A stretch of 44,362 nt of DNA from an uncultured bacterium (GTDB taxonomy: Bacteria > Actinomycetota > Coriobacteriia > Coriobacteriales > Coriobacteriaceae). A program made the translations under genes and the position numbers. How positions within the stretch are numbered: position 1 is the stretch's first letter; each line of letters opens with the position of its first letter. The notes below the pieces were generated by a model. That model ran no database searches and had not been told where the DNA came from. It worked only from the letters and a program-made list of their open reading frames with translations. Below, one piece after another: positions 1 to 8,731 of the stretch. The DNA is taken from positions 1 through 44,362 of the forward strand of contig CAJMSG010000001.1 of assembly GCA_905216105.1 (NCBI GenBank), written 5' to 3'.

Positions 1-357
1 TCCATAAAGCCCTCGAATGAAGCTCACGGTTTGTCGAATATCACCACGTAATACTATCGCATCCCCCATCCCCTCAGCTGCGGTGAAATAAGGGCCGCTG
101 GCACCCATGCACAACTTAGGCGGCTTTGACGTGACCAGACGTGACCACCGCTATCTCGGCGCTGATCTTAGGCAACGTCGCCGGCATCGCCAGTAAGTTG
201 TTCACCCGGCACTTTGCGCGCGCCGCGTTTGAAAAGTAGCACTACGCGCGGGGCCAACGGGCAGCCCGTGCCCACTTGTCTCTCGAGCTTGCCCTCCTCG
301 ATCAGGACAATCGAGCCGCCCGCGCAGCAGTGCGAGTTCATCGTTTACCTTTTAAAA

Positions 358-369
358 GTGAACGTTCAC
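358..369. promoter_or_regulatory. Palindromic LacI-type operator GTGAACGTTCAC upstream of the SDR-isomerase genes (weaker copy at 448-459)
   Basis: Perfect palindrome with central CG that recurs at other promoters of the locus. Confidence 0.75.
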
Positions 370-474
370 CTTTTTTTCGGAGAATGGGAGGGTTTATTAC
401 CATACTTCACATATACTGAGCTTGTACGAAAAGCAAGACTTATATAGATGAACGTTTCTTTTGGAAGGATTGCT

Positions 475-1284
475 ATGTCTGATCTTATGGACAGCTTCCG
501 CCTGGACGGCAAGGTCGCGCTCGTGACCGGCGCCACCTATGGCATCGGCATGGCCATTGCCGAGGCGCTCGGAGAGGCAGGCGCCAAGATTGCCTTTAAC
601 GCCCGTCACGCCGACAAAGTTGCCGAAGCCGAGAAGCACTACCGCGAGCTGGGCTTTGATGCTCACGGCTATGTTGCCGACGTCACCGACGAGGCTGTCG
701 TCGCCGAGCTCGTTGCCAAGATCGAAGCCGATTTTGGCACCACGCCCGACATCCTGGTCAACAACGCCGGCGTCATCCAGCGCACCCCGATGCTCGACAT
801 GAGCGCCGAGGACTTCCGTCGCGTCGTCGACATCGACCTCAATGCCCCGTTTATCGTGTCCAAGGCCTGCCTGCCGGGCATGATCGCCAAGGGTCACGGC
901 AAGATCATCAACATCTGCTCCATGATGAGCGAGCTCGGCCGCGAGACCATCGCCGGCTATGCCGCCGCCAAGGGCGGACTCAAGATGCTCACCAAGAACA
1001 TCTGCTCCGAGTTTGGCGAGGCCAATATCCAGTGCAATGGCATTGGGCCCGGCTACATCGCCACGCCGCAAACCGCGCCGCTGCGCGAGACGCAGCCTGA
1101 CGGCAGCCGCCATCCGTTTGACCAGTTCATCATCGCCAAGACGCCGGCAGCCCGTTGGGGCACGCCCGAGGACCTGAAGGGCCCCGCCGTGTTCCTGGCT
1201 TCCGACGCATCGAACTTCGTCAACGGGCACATCCTGTACGTGGACGGCGGCATCCTCGCATACATCGGCAAACAGCCGCAATAA
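475..1284 (+). CDS. SDR dehydrogenase, gluconate 5-dehydrogenase / 2-keto-3-deoxygluconate dehydrogenase (KduD/DhuD-like)
   Basis: TGATYGIG Rossmann motif, NNAG, catalytic YAAAK, C-terminal VDGGILAYIGKQP typical of this family; ATG at 475 follows GGAAGGA; uronate-catabolic context. Confidence 0.88.
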   Translation: MSDLMDSFRLDGKVALVTGATYGIGMAIAEALGEAGAKIAFNARHADKVAEAEKHYRELGFDAHGYVADVTDEAVVAELVAKIEADFGTTPDILVNNAGVIQRTPMLDMSAEDFRRVVDIDLNAPFIVSKACLPGMIAKGHGKIINICSMMSELGRETIAGYAAAKGGLKMLTKNICSEFGEANIQCNGIGPGYIATPQTAPLRETQPDGSRHPFDQFIIAKTPAARWGTPEDLKGPAVFLASDASNFVNGHILYVDGGILAYIGKQPQ

Positions 1285-1297
1285 GGAAACTGGGCGA

Positions 1298-1407
1298 GGC
1301 GGTCGGCAGTTAAGTCTGCTGCTCGGACAGTCCTGCGCAAGACGGAAAGCACATTAAGCGCTTTCCTTTGCGTGCGGAACTCGCGACAGACTTAACTGCC
1401 GACTGCC
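1298..1407. repeat. 110-bp long-hairpin intergenic element
   Basis: 21-bp arms at 1298-1318 and 1387-1407, with an inner GGAAAGC..GCTTTCC stem. Confidence 0.7.
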
Positions 1408-1491
1408 CGCATAGCTCATCGCGGGTTGGCTTTGCCGCCGCCCGCGCACAGAAACAAATAACTGAAAAAATAAGCTGAAAGGTTAACTCAA

Positions 1492-2133
1492 ATGAAGATT
1501 GCTCTGATCAACGAGAACTCTCAGAACTCCAAAAACCCTATGATCGAGGCTGCCCTTAAGAAGGTTGTCGAGCCCATGGGCCACACTGTCTTTAACTATG
1601 GCATGTATGCCGACGCCGGCTCCAAGCCCCTCACTTACGTGCAGAACGGCATTCTTGCCGCCGTGCTGCTCAACTCCGGCGCTGCCGACTACGTCGTGAC
1701 CGGTTGCGGCACCGGCGAGGGCGCCATGCTCGCCTGCAACTCCTTCCCCGGCGTGCTGTGCGGCCACGTTGCCGACCCGCTGGATGCCTACACCTTTGCC
1801 CAGGTCAACGATGGCAATGCCGTCGCCATGCCCTTCGCGCTCAAGAACGGCTGGGGCCAGGAGCTCAACCTCGAGTACACCTTCGAGAAGCTCTTTGGCT
1901 TTGGTTCGGGTAACGGCTACCCCGCCGAGCGCGTTGAGCCCGAGCAGCGCAACAAGAAGATCCTCGACGGCGTGCGCGCTGTGACCATGCGCCCGCTCGT
2001 CGACGTCCTGGGCGAGATCGATCAGGACCTGGTGAAGGGCGCCCTCGCTGGCGAGCATTTCCAGGAGTACTTCTTTGCCAACGCCACCGACGAGGCCATC
2101 ATCGCCAAGGTCAAGGAGCTCTTGGGCCTGTAA
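1492..2133 (+). CDS. RpiB/LacA/LacB-family isomerase, likely DhuI-type 4-deoxy-L-threo-5-hexosulose-uronate ketol-isomerase
   Basis: MKIALINENSQ start, TGCGTGEG motif and C-terminal extension; adjacent to the KduD/DhuD-like SDR. Confidence 0.82.
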   Translation: MKIALINENSQNSKNPMIEAALKKVVEPMGHTVFNYGMYADAGSKPLTYVQNGILAAVLLNSGAADYVVTGCGTGEGAMLACNSFPGVLCGHVADPLDAYTFAQVNDGNAVAMPFALKNGWGQELNLEYTFEKLFGFGSGNGYPAERVEPEQRNKKILDGVRAVTMRPLVDVLGEIDQDLVKGALAGEHFQEYFFANATDEAIIAKVKELLGL

Positions 2134-2175
2134 TAAGGCCCACGGGGCGCACCGACCCCCAACAAACCGCCAGAC

Positions 2176-2215
2176 AAAAGGCGCCGCGACGATCCATGTG
2201 TCGCGGCGCCTTTTT
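2176..2215. terminator. Bidirectional intrinsic terminator
   Basis: AAAAGGCGCCGCGAC-N9-GTCGCGGCGCCTTTTT between convergent genes. Confidence 0.8.
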
Positions 2216-2270
2216 AGATTGCTATCGCTTGAGTCACCGCAAGGCGGCCGCTCCCCTATTTGTCAAGAGC

Positions 2271-4220
2271 CTACAGCTCGCAGGCGACCTTGTAGCCGTC
2301 GCCGATGGCATCACGGATGTTGCCGCACTTCTGGGCATCGCCCAGCACGTGGGTGGCAACGCCGGCAGCGGCAAGGTCATCGGCCAACTTGGTGTTGGGA
2401 CGATAGCCCATGGCAAGCACCAGCGTATCGGCATCGGCGATGGTGTGGACCTCGCCGTCCTTCTCGTAGCTGATAGCGTCCTCGGTAATCTCGGTCACCT
2501 TGGCCTCGGTCAGCACGTGAACACCCTTGGAGAGCATGCGCGTGATGAGCACCGCGCGGCCGGCGCCGCCCTCGTTGGCGGCGAGCGTCTTGGTCATCTC
2601 GATGACGGTGACATCGCGGTTGGCCGGCGACAGGTCGTTGACCAACGGGGCCAGGTAATCGGCCGTCTCGCAGCCAACGGTGCCGCCGCCCACAATGACA
2701 ATCTTCTTGCCCGGGAAAGCCTTGCCGCCCAGCAGGTCATCAGCCGTCATGACCTGCTTAAAGCCCTGCATGAAGGCCGGAGCGATGGGCTCGGCGCCAT
2801 AAGCCAGGACAACCTCGTAACCTGCGTAGTCGCGCTGAATGTCCTCGGCCGAAAGCTCGGTGCCAAAGACGCACGTGACGCCGGCCTCGGCCAAGCGACG
2901 GTACTGATACTTGATCACGCGGGTGAGCTCCTGCTTTGCCGGCGGAACGGCTGCGATGCGCATCTCGCCGCCCGGCTCGTCCTGTTTATCCACGAGCACT
3001 ACGTTATGGCCACGCTTGGCGGCAATGTAGGCTGCCTCCATGCCCGCAGGACCGGCACCCACAACCAGCACGTTCTTAGCCTCGGCGGCAGGCTCGTAGC
3101 CAGCCTCGTCACGCTCCACGTCCGGGTTGACGGTGCAGGAGATGCGCTTGCCGAACATGATGCCGTTCAGGCAGCGCAGGCAACCGATGCAGGGGCGGAT
3201 GTCGTCGGCGTTGCCGGCAGCAGCCTTGTTGCAGAATTCGGCATCGCACAGATTGGCGCGGCCCATCATGCAAATGTCGGCAGCGCCGTCCTCGATCAGC
3301 TCCTCGGCGATCCATGCCTCGTTAATGCGGCCGACCGTGGCAACGGGAATGTTGACGTGCTTTTTGATCTCGCGCGAGCAGGCGGCATGCGAGGCCTGCT
3401 GCGTGCCGGCGGCGGGAATGGCGGAACCGCGCTTGATGGTGGTGCCGCCCGACACGTGGATCATGTCGACGCCGGCCTTCTCCAGGCGACGCGAGACGTA
3501 GATCATGTCGTTGAGGGTCAGACCGCCATCGGTGTACTCGTCGCCCGAGATACGGACGTCGATGATGAAGTCCTTGCCGCAGCGCTCGCGAATCTCGGCG
3601 ATGACCTCGAGCAGGAAGCGCATGCGGGCGTCGAGCGAGCCGCCGTACTCGTCGGTGCGCTTGTTGTAGAGCGGAGTCAAAAAGCCGCCGAGCATACCGT
3701 GGGCATGCGCCGCATGGACCTCGACGCCATCGACACCGGCCTTCTGCATACGCACGGCAGCGTCGCCAAACTGATGCGTGAGCTCGTGGATCTCGTCGAT
3801 GGTGATGGGGCGCGGCGCCTCGCGGGCATAGGACGGGCCTACAAAGGACGGAGCGATCAGGCGCGGCGTGCCCGGAATGTTAAAGGCCATGTAGGCGGGA
3901 TGGAAGAGCTGCGGCATGATCTTGCAGCCATACTCGTGGACGGCTGCGGCGAGCTTTTCCCAGCCGGGGATAAACGTGTCGTCGTAGCAGCACATGTCAC
4001 CCGGCAGATAGGTATAGGTGGGCTCGACCGTCACGACCTCGGTGATGATCAGGCCAACGCCGCCCTTGGCACGGGCACGGTAATGATCGACCAAGTCGTC
4101 GGTCACATAGCCATGATCGGCCAGGTTCGTGGACACCGGCGGCATAAAGACGCGGTTCTTGACCTCGGTCGTACCGACCTTGATCGGGCTAAAGAGCATC
4201 GGGTAGGCGGAAGACTCCAT
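2271..4220 (-). CDS. Old Yellow Enzyme-family NADH:flavin oxidoreductase (FMN TIM barrel, Fe-S motif, FAD/NAD domain; 2,4-dienoyl-CoA reductase/BaiCD-like architecture)
   Basis: NRVFMPP, NKRTDEYGGS, CIGCLRC..C cluster motif, GAGPAG and GGGTVG; ATG at 4220 with AAAGGA RBS. Confidence 0.88.
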   Translation of the reverse strand: MESSAYPMLFSPIKVGTTEVKNRVFMPPVSTNLADHGYVTDDLVDHYRARAKGGVGLIITEVVTVEPTYTYLPGDMCCYDDTFIPGWEKLAAAVHEYGCKIMPQLFHPAYMAFNIPGTPRLIAPSFVGPSYAREAPRPITIDEIHELTHQFGDAAVRMQKAGVDGVEVHAAHAHGMLGGFLTPLYNKRTDEYGGSLDARMRFLLEVIAEIRERCGKDFIIDVRISGDEYTDGGLTLNDMIYVSRRLEKAGVDMIHVSGGTTIKRGSAIPAAGTQQASHAACSREIKKHVNIPVATVGRINEAWIAEELIEDGAADICMMGRANLCDAEFCNKAAAGNADDIRPCIGCLRCLNGIMFGKRISCTVNPDVERDEAGYEPAAEAKNVLVVGAGPAGMEAAYIAAKRGHNVVLVDKQDEPGGEMRIAAVPPAKQELTRVIKYQYRRLAEAGVTCVFGTELSAEDIQRDYAGYEVVLAYGAEPIAPAFMQGFKQVMTADDLLGGKAFPGKKIVIVGGGTVGCETADYLAPLVNDLSPANRDVTVIEMTKTLAANEGGAGRAVLITRMLSKGVHVLTEAKVTEITEDAISYEKDGEVHTIADADTLVLAMGYRPNTKLADDLAAAGVATHVLGDAQKCGNIRDAIGDGYKVACEL

Positions 4221-4333
4221 ACAGGGTTCCTTTCGTTTGAGCCGCTCGGCGGCAGTTGCTAACGTACTTATCGTATCAGTAACCACCGTATCCGCACTCG
4301 CTCGCATTCCTCACCTTCAATCCCGACCCTCAC

Positions 4334-4405
4334 AAAAAAGTTGTGGTGGAATACGGAGTAGATAAGGCCTTTGACAGCCAAAACAGTCCGTATTCCACCG
4401 CAACT
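4334..4405 (-). terminator. Long-loop stem followed by a U-tract on the minus strand, between the GltD-like and OYE genes
   Basis: 19-bp arms at 4339-4357 and 4387-4405 (one imperfect pair); A-run at 4334-4339. Confidence 0.5.
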
Positions 4406-4420
4406 GATGGGCGGGGTGGG

Positions 4421-5638
4421 TTAGAGGCCCAGATAGCTGGTCATGCCTTCGACGGCGAGCTTGGCGCCGGCTACGGCATGGACCACGGTGAGCGGGCCGT
4501 TGACCACGTCGCCGGCGGCAAAGACGCCAGGCACGGTGGTCATGCCGCACTCATCGACCGAAAGAAGACCGCGATGGTCGGTCTCCAGACCGCCCGTCGT
4601 AAGCACCAGTTTGTCCTTGGGCACCTGCGAGGCCGCAATCACAACCGTGTCGGCGGGCACATGGTCAAGTTCTTCCTCGTAGCCCACCACGTTGTCGCCC
4701 TCGTCAAAGATAGCCGTCTCGAAAACCGGACCGTTATCGTCGATGGCGCAAATCGCCTTGCCGCGCACGATCTCGGCACCGTCAAGCTCGGTCAGCTCCA
4801 CCTCGTCATCGATGGCCGAGATATGGCGCGATCGGGCATACACGGTAACCTTGCGAGCGCCCGAGCGCAGAGCCGTGCGGGCAACATCCATGGCCACGTT
4901 GCCGGCGCCGATAACCGCCACGTTCTGACCGATCGCCACGCTCGTGGGATCGACCAGGTAATCGATACCAAACAGTACGTTACCACGCGACTCGCCGGGA
5001 ATACCCAGCTTGCGGGCGCGCCAGGTACCGGTACCGACAAAGACCGCATCGTAGCCGTCGCGCAACAGGTCGTCGATATGCAGCGCGCCGCCAATGGTGG
5101 TCGAGGGACGGACGCGTACGCCAAGCGAGCACATCACGTGACGGTACTTTTGCACGAGAGCACGGGGCAGGCGAAACTCGGGGATGCCGTACTCCAGCAC
5201 GCCGCCGATCTCGGGGCGTTGCTCAAACACCGTGACGGCACAGCCCAGCTGGGCCATCTTAATGGCCACGGTAATGCCGGCAGGACCGGAACCGACCACG
5301 GCAACCTGCTTGCCGCACGACGGCGCGGGCTTCCACTCCTTACGGTCCAAATATGCCGTCGAGATATAGTTCTCGATACTCGAAAAATGCACCGGTGCGC
5401 CCTTGCGGCCCTGAATGCACGCGCCCTCGCACTGGCCCGAATGGTTGCAGATCATGGAGCAGACCGCGCTCATGGGGTTGTTCTGGAACAGCAGCTCACC
5501 TGCCTCTTCCAGACGACGCCGCTTGAACAAGTCAATGACCTGCGGAATAGGCGTCTGCACCGGGCAGCCTTTAAGCTGGCAGAACGCCCTTTTGCAACCT
5601 AGGCAACGATTCGCCTCTTCGACAATGTGGATAGCCAC
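4421..5638 (-). CDS. GltD/SudA/PreT-like Fe-S flavoprotein NAD(P)H oxidoreductase
   Basis: RCLGCK..CQLKGCP Fe-S motif, GSGPAG, YGIPEFRLP, GAGNVAMD, FAAGD; GTG start at 5638 after AAAAGGGGAG. Confidence 0.85.
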   Translation of the reverse strand: MAIHIVEEANRCLGCKRAFCQLKGCPVQTPIPQVIDLFKRRRLEEAGELLFQNNPMSAVCSMICNHSGQCEGACIQGRKGAPVHFSSIENYISTAYLDRKEWKPAPSCGKQVAVVGSGPAGITVAIKMAQLGCAVTVFEQRPEIGGVLEYGIPEFRLPRALVQKYRHVMCSLGVRVRPSTTIGGALHIDDLLRDGYDAVFVGTGTWRARKLGIPGESRGNVLFGIDYLVDPTSVAIGQNVAVIGAGNVAMDVARTALRSGARKVTVYARSRHISAIDDEVELTELDGAEIVRGKAICAIDDNGPVFETAIFDEGDNVVGYEEELDHVPADTVVIAASQVPKDKLVLTTGGLETDHRGLLSVDECGMTTVPGVFAAGDVVNGPLTVVHAVAGAKLAVEGMTSYLGL

Positions 5639-5741
5639 GCAACTCCCCTTTTTGATGTAATCCAATGAGGCGACGATAAAAACCCTTCACCGCCGCCCCC
5701 AGTCAAGCAAACTCAATATGCCGCCACGGCAAAAGCCAATG

Positions 5742-6647
5742 CTATATCTCGCGATGCGGAGCCCCGCAGCGAGCGGACATGCGCTCGAGTGTCGCCAGGC
5801 AGCTAGCCGCCGTCGCCGGCACGCTGTTCTCGACCACACAAGGAATCCCCGAACAGGCGGCAGCCGCCCAGGCCACCACGGGCTCAAAGTCATAGCGGCC
5901 CGTCTCGCCCACGCCGTGGCACACCAGGCGAGAACCCGTACCATCGCACCAGCCGGCTTCGTCCTCGTTGTCGACGACCTCAAAATCCTTGGCGTGCAGC
6001 ACGCGAATCTTACTGCCGCATAAGTAGAGCATACGCGCGGTGATTTCCTGCGCCTCGCCAACGACGCTGGGATGCAGCAGCGACACCGGGTCGTAGATCA
6101 CGCCGAGCGCCGGGCTCGGGACGCGCTCCAGCACCTCACGGCAGCGATCTGGCGTGTTGACCGTCTCGTTCCAGCCGGGCTCGATCAGTATTTGCCCACC
6201 CACGGCCTCGGCGCACTCGCAGACGCGCGCGAGTCCATCCATAAACGCATCGAGTGCCTCGTCGGTCATACGGTCGTCAGCAACGCAGTTCTGCGCATTG
6301 GGACGACCGGTCTCGGTGCCAACCGGACAGCCGCCGAGCATCTGAGCAAAGTTCAAGCACGCCTCGTACTCGGCAAAGTTATCCGTGAGCTGTTGTCGAT
6401 CGGGCGTCGCCAGATTCTTATAACAGCCGAGCACGGCGACCGAAACGCCCGCCTCATCGAGCACCGCACGCAAATGCTCGGCGAGCTCGCGGGTCAGACC
6501 GCATCGATCGATTCCCATTGATGCGTAGAGCACCTTGCTCGGCAGCTGAATGCACGAAAAGCCCAGCTCTCCTGCCATGCGAATGCGTTCCTCGACGGTC
6601 CCCTGCGGAAGGTCGTGTAAACGCACGCCCGGAGTAATGGCCCCCAC
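5742..6647 (-). CDS. Sugar-phosphate isomerase/epimerase (xylose isomerase-like TIM barrel)
   Basis: GVRLHD, LGCYKNL, VGTETG, IE-P, YDPV and HAKD metal-site pattern; start uncertain (GTG 6647/6656 or ATG 6671). Confidence 0.78.
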   Translation of the reverse strand: MGAITPGVRLHDLPQGTVEERIRMAGELGFSCIQLPSKVLYASMGIDRCGLTRELAEHLRAVLDEAGVSVAVLGCYKNLATPDRQQLTDNFAEYEACLNFAQMLGGCPVGTETGRPNAQNCVADDRMTDEALDAFMDGLARVCECAEAVGGQILIEPGWNETVNTPDRCREVLERVPSPALGVIYDPVSLLHPSVVGEAQEITARMLYLCGSKIRVLHAKDFEVVDNEDEAGWCDGTGSRLVCHGVGETGRYDFEPVVAWAAAACSGIPCVVENSVPATAASCLATLERMSARCGAPHREI

Positions 6648-6648
6648 G

Positions 6649-7887
6649 CTATTCACGCCCCTTATGAGCATTGATGCCCGGCGTGTAGCCGCCAAACGGG
6701 TCATCGATGGAGCACACGCCCGAAGGGGCGAGCGGATCGCGCTTACCGGCCAACTTGTCATGATGCATAGTCTCGATATAGGCGAGCACCAGCGGCGCCA
6801 CGCCCTTCGCGTCGTTTTTGACGACGGGCTCGCTCATGTAGTAGCCAAACGTGCCCTCGCGGTGCGCGGTGTTGCCAAGACCCGCCACCAGGCAGATGTT
6901 GTCGAGCGCCAGCTGTCCGTCGCGCTCGGACAGGCACGTGTCGCAGATGCCGTCAAACGCACGGCGGCCGTACTGGTAGTAGCGCTCGCCCAGCACGCCC
7001 AGGCGCACGCCCTTCATGATGGCGTTGGCAAAGATGGCGCTGCCCGACTCCTCCAGATAGTTGGGGGCGATATTGGGCAGGTTGATGACCTGGTGCCACA
7101 TACCGGTCTTCTCGTCCTGATACGGCAGCATGGCGTCGATCAGGTCGTGGAACATCTTGCGGATCTCGTCCTTCTCGGCCGACATCGAGGGCGGCATGAG
7201 CTCCCAGGTATCGATGAGCGCCATGGCGAACCAGCCCTCGGCGCGCAGCCAGAAGTTGGCCGAAAGGCCGGTGACGGGATCGCACCAGAACTGCTTGCGG
7301 CTCGCGTCGTAGGCGTGATAGTACAGGCCGTTGAGGGGGTTGCGCATCAGGTCGTGCACCACCTGGAACATATGGAAGCTATCCGAGCAGGCACGGCGGT
7401 TGTGGAAGCTCAGCTCGTACTGCATGTAGAACGGCTGCGCCATGTACATGCCGTCGAGCCAGATCTGGTTGGGGTAGACGGCCTTGTGCCAAAACACACC
7501 CTCTTTGGTACGCGGCTGGGTTTCGAGCTGACGATAGATGGTATCCATGGCGGCACGGTACTTGGGCTTGCCCACCAGGTCATAGAGTTTGTAGAGGGTT
7601 TTGCCCGCGTTGACGTTGTCGAGGTTGTACTCCTGGGGATCGTAATGCTTGATGGTGCCGTCATCCTGGACAAAGAAGTCGATATAGTCGTCGGCGAAGG
7701 TCAGGTAACGCTGCTCGCCGGTGATCTCGTACAGCTCGATGAGTGCCTTGATCATGCAGCCGTCAATGTAATTCCAGGTGTTCTCCTTGCCGGCGCGAAG
7801 CTTTTCGATATTCCAGGCCGGCGCCTGAGGCGTAGAGGTCTCGATCAACTGCTCGATATAACGGTCCAGAATCTGATTGCAACCCAT
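6649..7887 (-). CDS. GH105 unsaturated (rhamno)galacturonyl hydrolase, YteR/YesR-like
   Basis: WNYIDG, YNLDN, FWHK..YPNQIWLDGMYM, FWLRAEGW, NYLEESGS and KNDAKG motifs. Confidence 0.92.
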   Translation of the reverse strand: MGCNQILDRYIEQLIETSTPQAPAWNIEKLRAGKENTWNYIDGCMIKALIELYEITGEQRYLTFADDYIDFFVQDDGTIKHYDPQEYNLDNVNAGKTLYKLYDLVGKPKYRAAMDTIYRQLETQPRTKEGVFWHKAVYPNQIWLDGMYMAQPFYMQYELSFHNRRACSDSFHMFQVVHDLMRNPLNGLYYHAYDASRKQFWCDPVTGLSANFWLRAEGWFAMALIDTWELMPPSMSAEKDEIRKMFHDLIDAMLPYQDEKTGMWHQVINLPNIAPNYLEESGSAIFANAIMKGVRLGVLGERYYQYGRRAFDGICDTCLSERDGQLALDNICLVAGLGNTAHREGTFGYYMSEPVVKNDAKGVAPLVLAYIETMHHDKLAGKRDPLAPSGVCSIDDPFGGYTPGINAHKGRE

Positions 7888-7914
7888 TGCTGTCCCCTCT
7901 GACGTTATTGATGG

Positions 7915-7967
7915 GTGAACGTTTCCCCTAGTGTAACGCGAACGGGGATTATAGGGTGAACGTTAAC
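7915..7967. promoter_or_regulatory. Two operator copies upstream of GH105 (GTGAACGTTTCC 7915-7926; GTGAACGTTAAC 7956-7967)
   Basis: Near matches to the locus palindrome, 41 bp apart. Confidence 0.7.
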
Positions 7968-7994
7968 CCTATAATCCCCGTGAACGGCAAACTT

Positions 7995-8663
7995 TTAACG
8001 GCAAACGGCGGTGAGGCCCGCAGCGATGCGATGCGCCAGGCGCTCATAGCCGGCAGGGCTGTAATGCAGACCGTCCGGCATGTAGAGCTCGCGGTGCTCC
8101 GGCAAAAACGGGCTGATGCCGCTTTGCGCATACAGGTCGATCACCGGCACCGAGTAGCGATCGCAGACCTCCAGCATCGCGCGCACATAGGCGTCTTGCG
8201 TCAGGCCCAGATGGTTGGCCTCGTTGCTTGCCGGAATATCCTTCTCGTGTTTGCCGCTCGTCTTGCACGGCGTCATAAACACCAGCTTTGCCTGAGGCGA
8301 GCGCGCCGTGATGGTGCGGATCAGGTAGTCGAGCGCACCGTAGAACTCGTGCACGACCGTGCTGCCCAGCTCTCCCAGCGGCACGTTACGGCTAAAGTCG
8401 TTAACGCCGCCAAAGACGATGCAGATATCTGCCGTGTGATCGATGCCGTCCAAGCGCTCGACAAACGAATCGCTACGGTCGGCCTTGACGGCAATACGCG
8501 AACCCTTAATACCAAAGTTCTCGATCGTAGCGCCGCCCAGCAGCGCACCCAGGTGCGAAGTCCAGGAGATATCGTTGCCTCCCCCGCCGCATCCGTTATC
8601 GCCCCAGGTGGTCGAATCGCCAAAGCAGCAGATGGTCGATTCGCTCAAGTTTTTCGTTTCCAT
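7995..8663 (-). CDS. SGNH/GDSL hydrolase, candidate pectin acetylesterase
   Basis: FGDSTTWG block I, GGVND block III, DGLH block V. Confidence 0.88.
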   Translation of the reverse strand: METKNLSESTICCFGDSTTWGDNGCGGGGNDISWTSHLGALLGGATIENFGIKGSRIAVKADRSDSFVERLDGIDHTADICIVFGGVNDFSRNVPLGELGSTVVHEFYGALDYLIRTITARSPQAKLVFMTPCKTSGKHEKDIPASNEANHLGLTQDAYVRAMLEVCDRYSVPVIDLYAQSGISPFLPEHRELYMPDGLHYSPAGYERLAHRIAAGLTAVCR

Positions 8664-8731
8664 ATTCTTCTCCTCGCCCGCACATCGGCGGTCTTACAGG
8701 TACATACCGTTCATTCGCAACATCCGAGGGG

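Noticed and set aside
60..320. Possible pseudogene remnant on the minus strand (reads ..VLIEEGKL..GTGCP..) and ORF 214-447
   Set aside because: Too short and interrupted to assign without a search; the plus-strand ORF runs through promoter and operator DNA
2271..4220. Bilirubin reductase BilR or bile acid BaiCD/BaiH assignment
   Set aside because: The HGDR motif reported for BilR is absent and there are no bai neighbours; only the family-level call is supported
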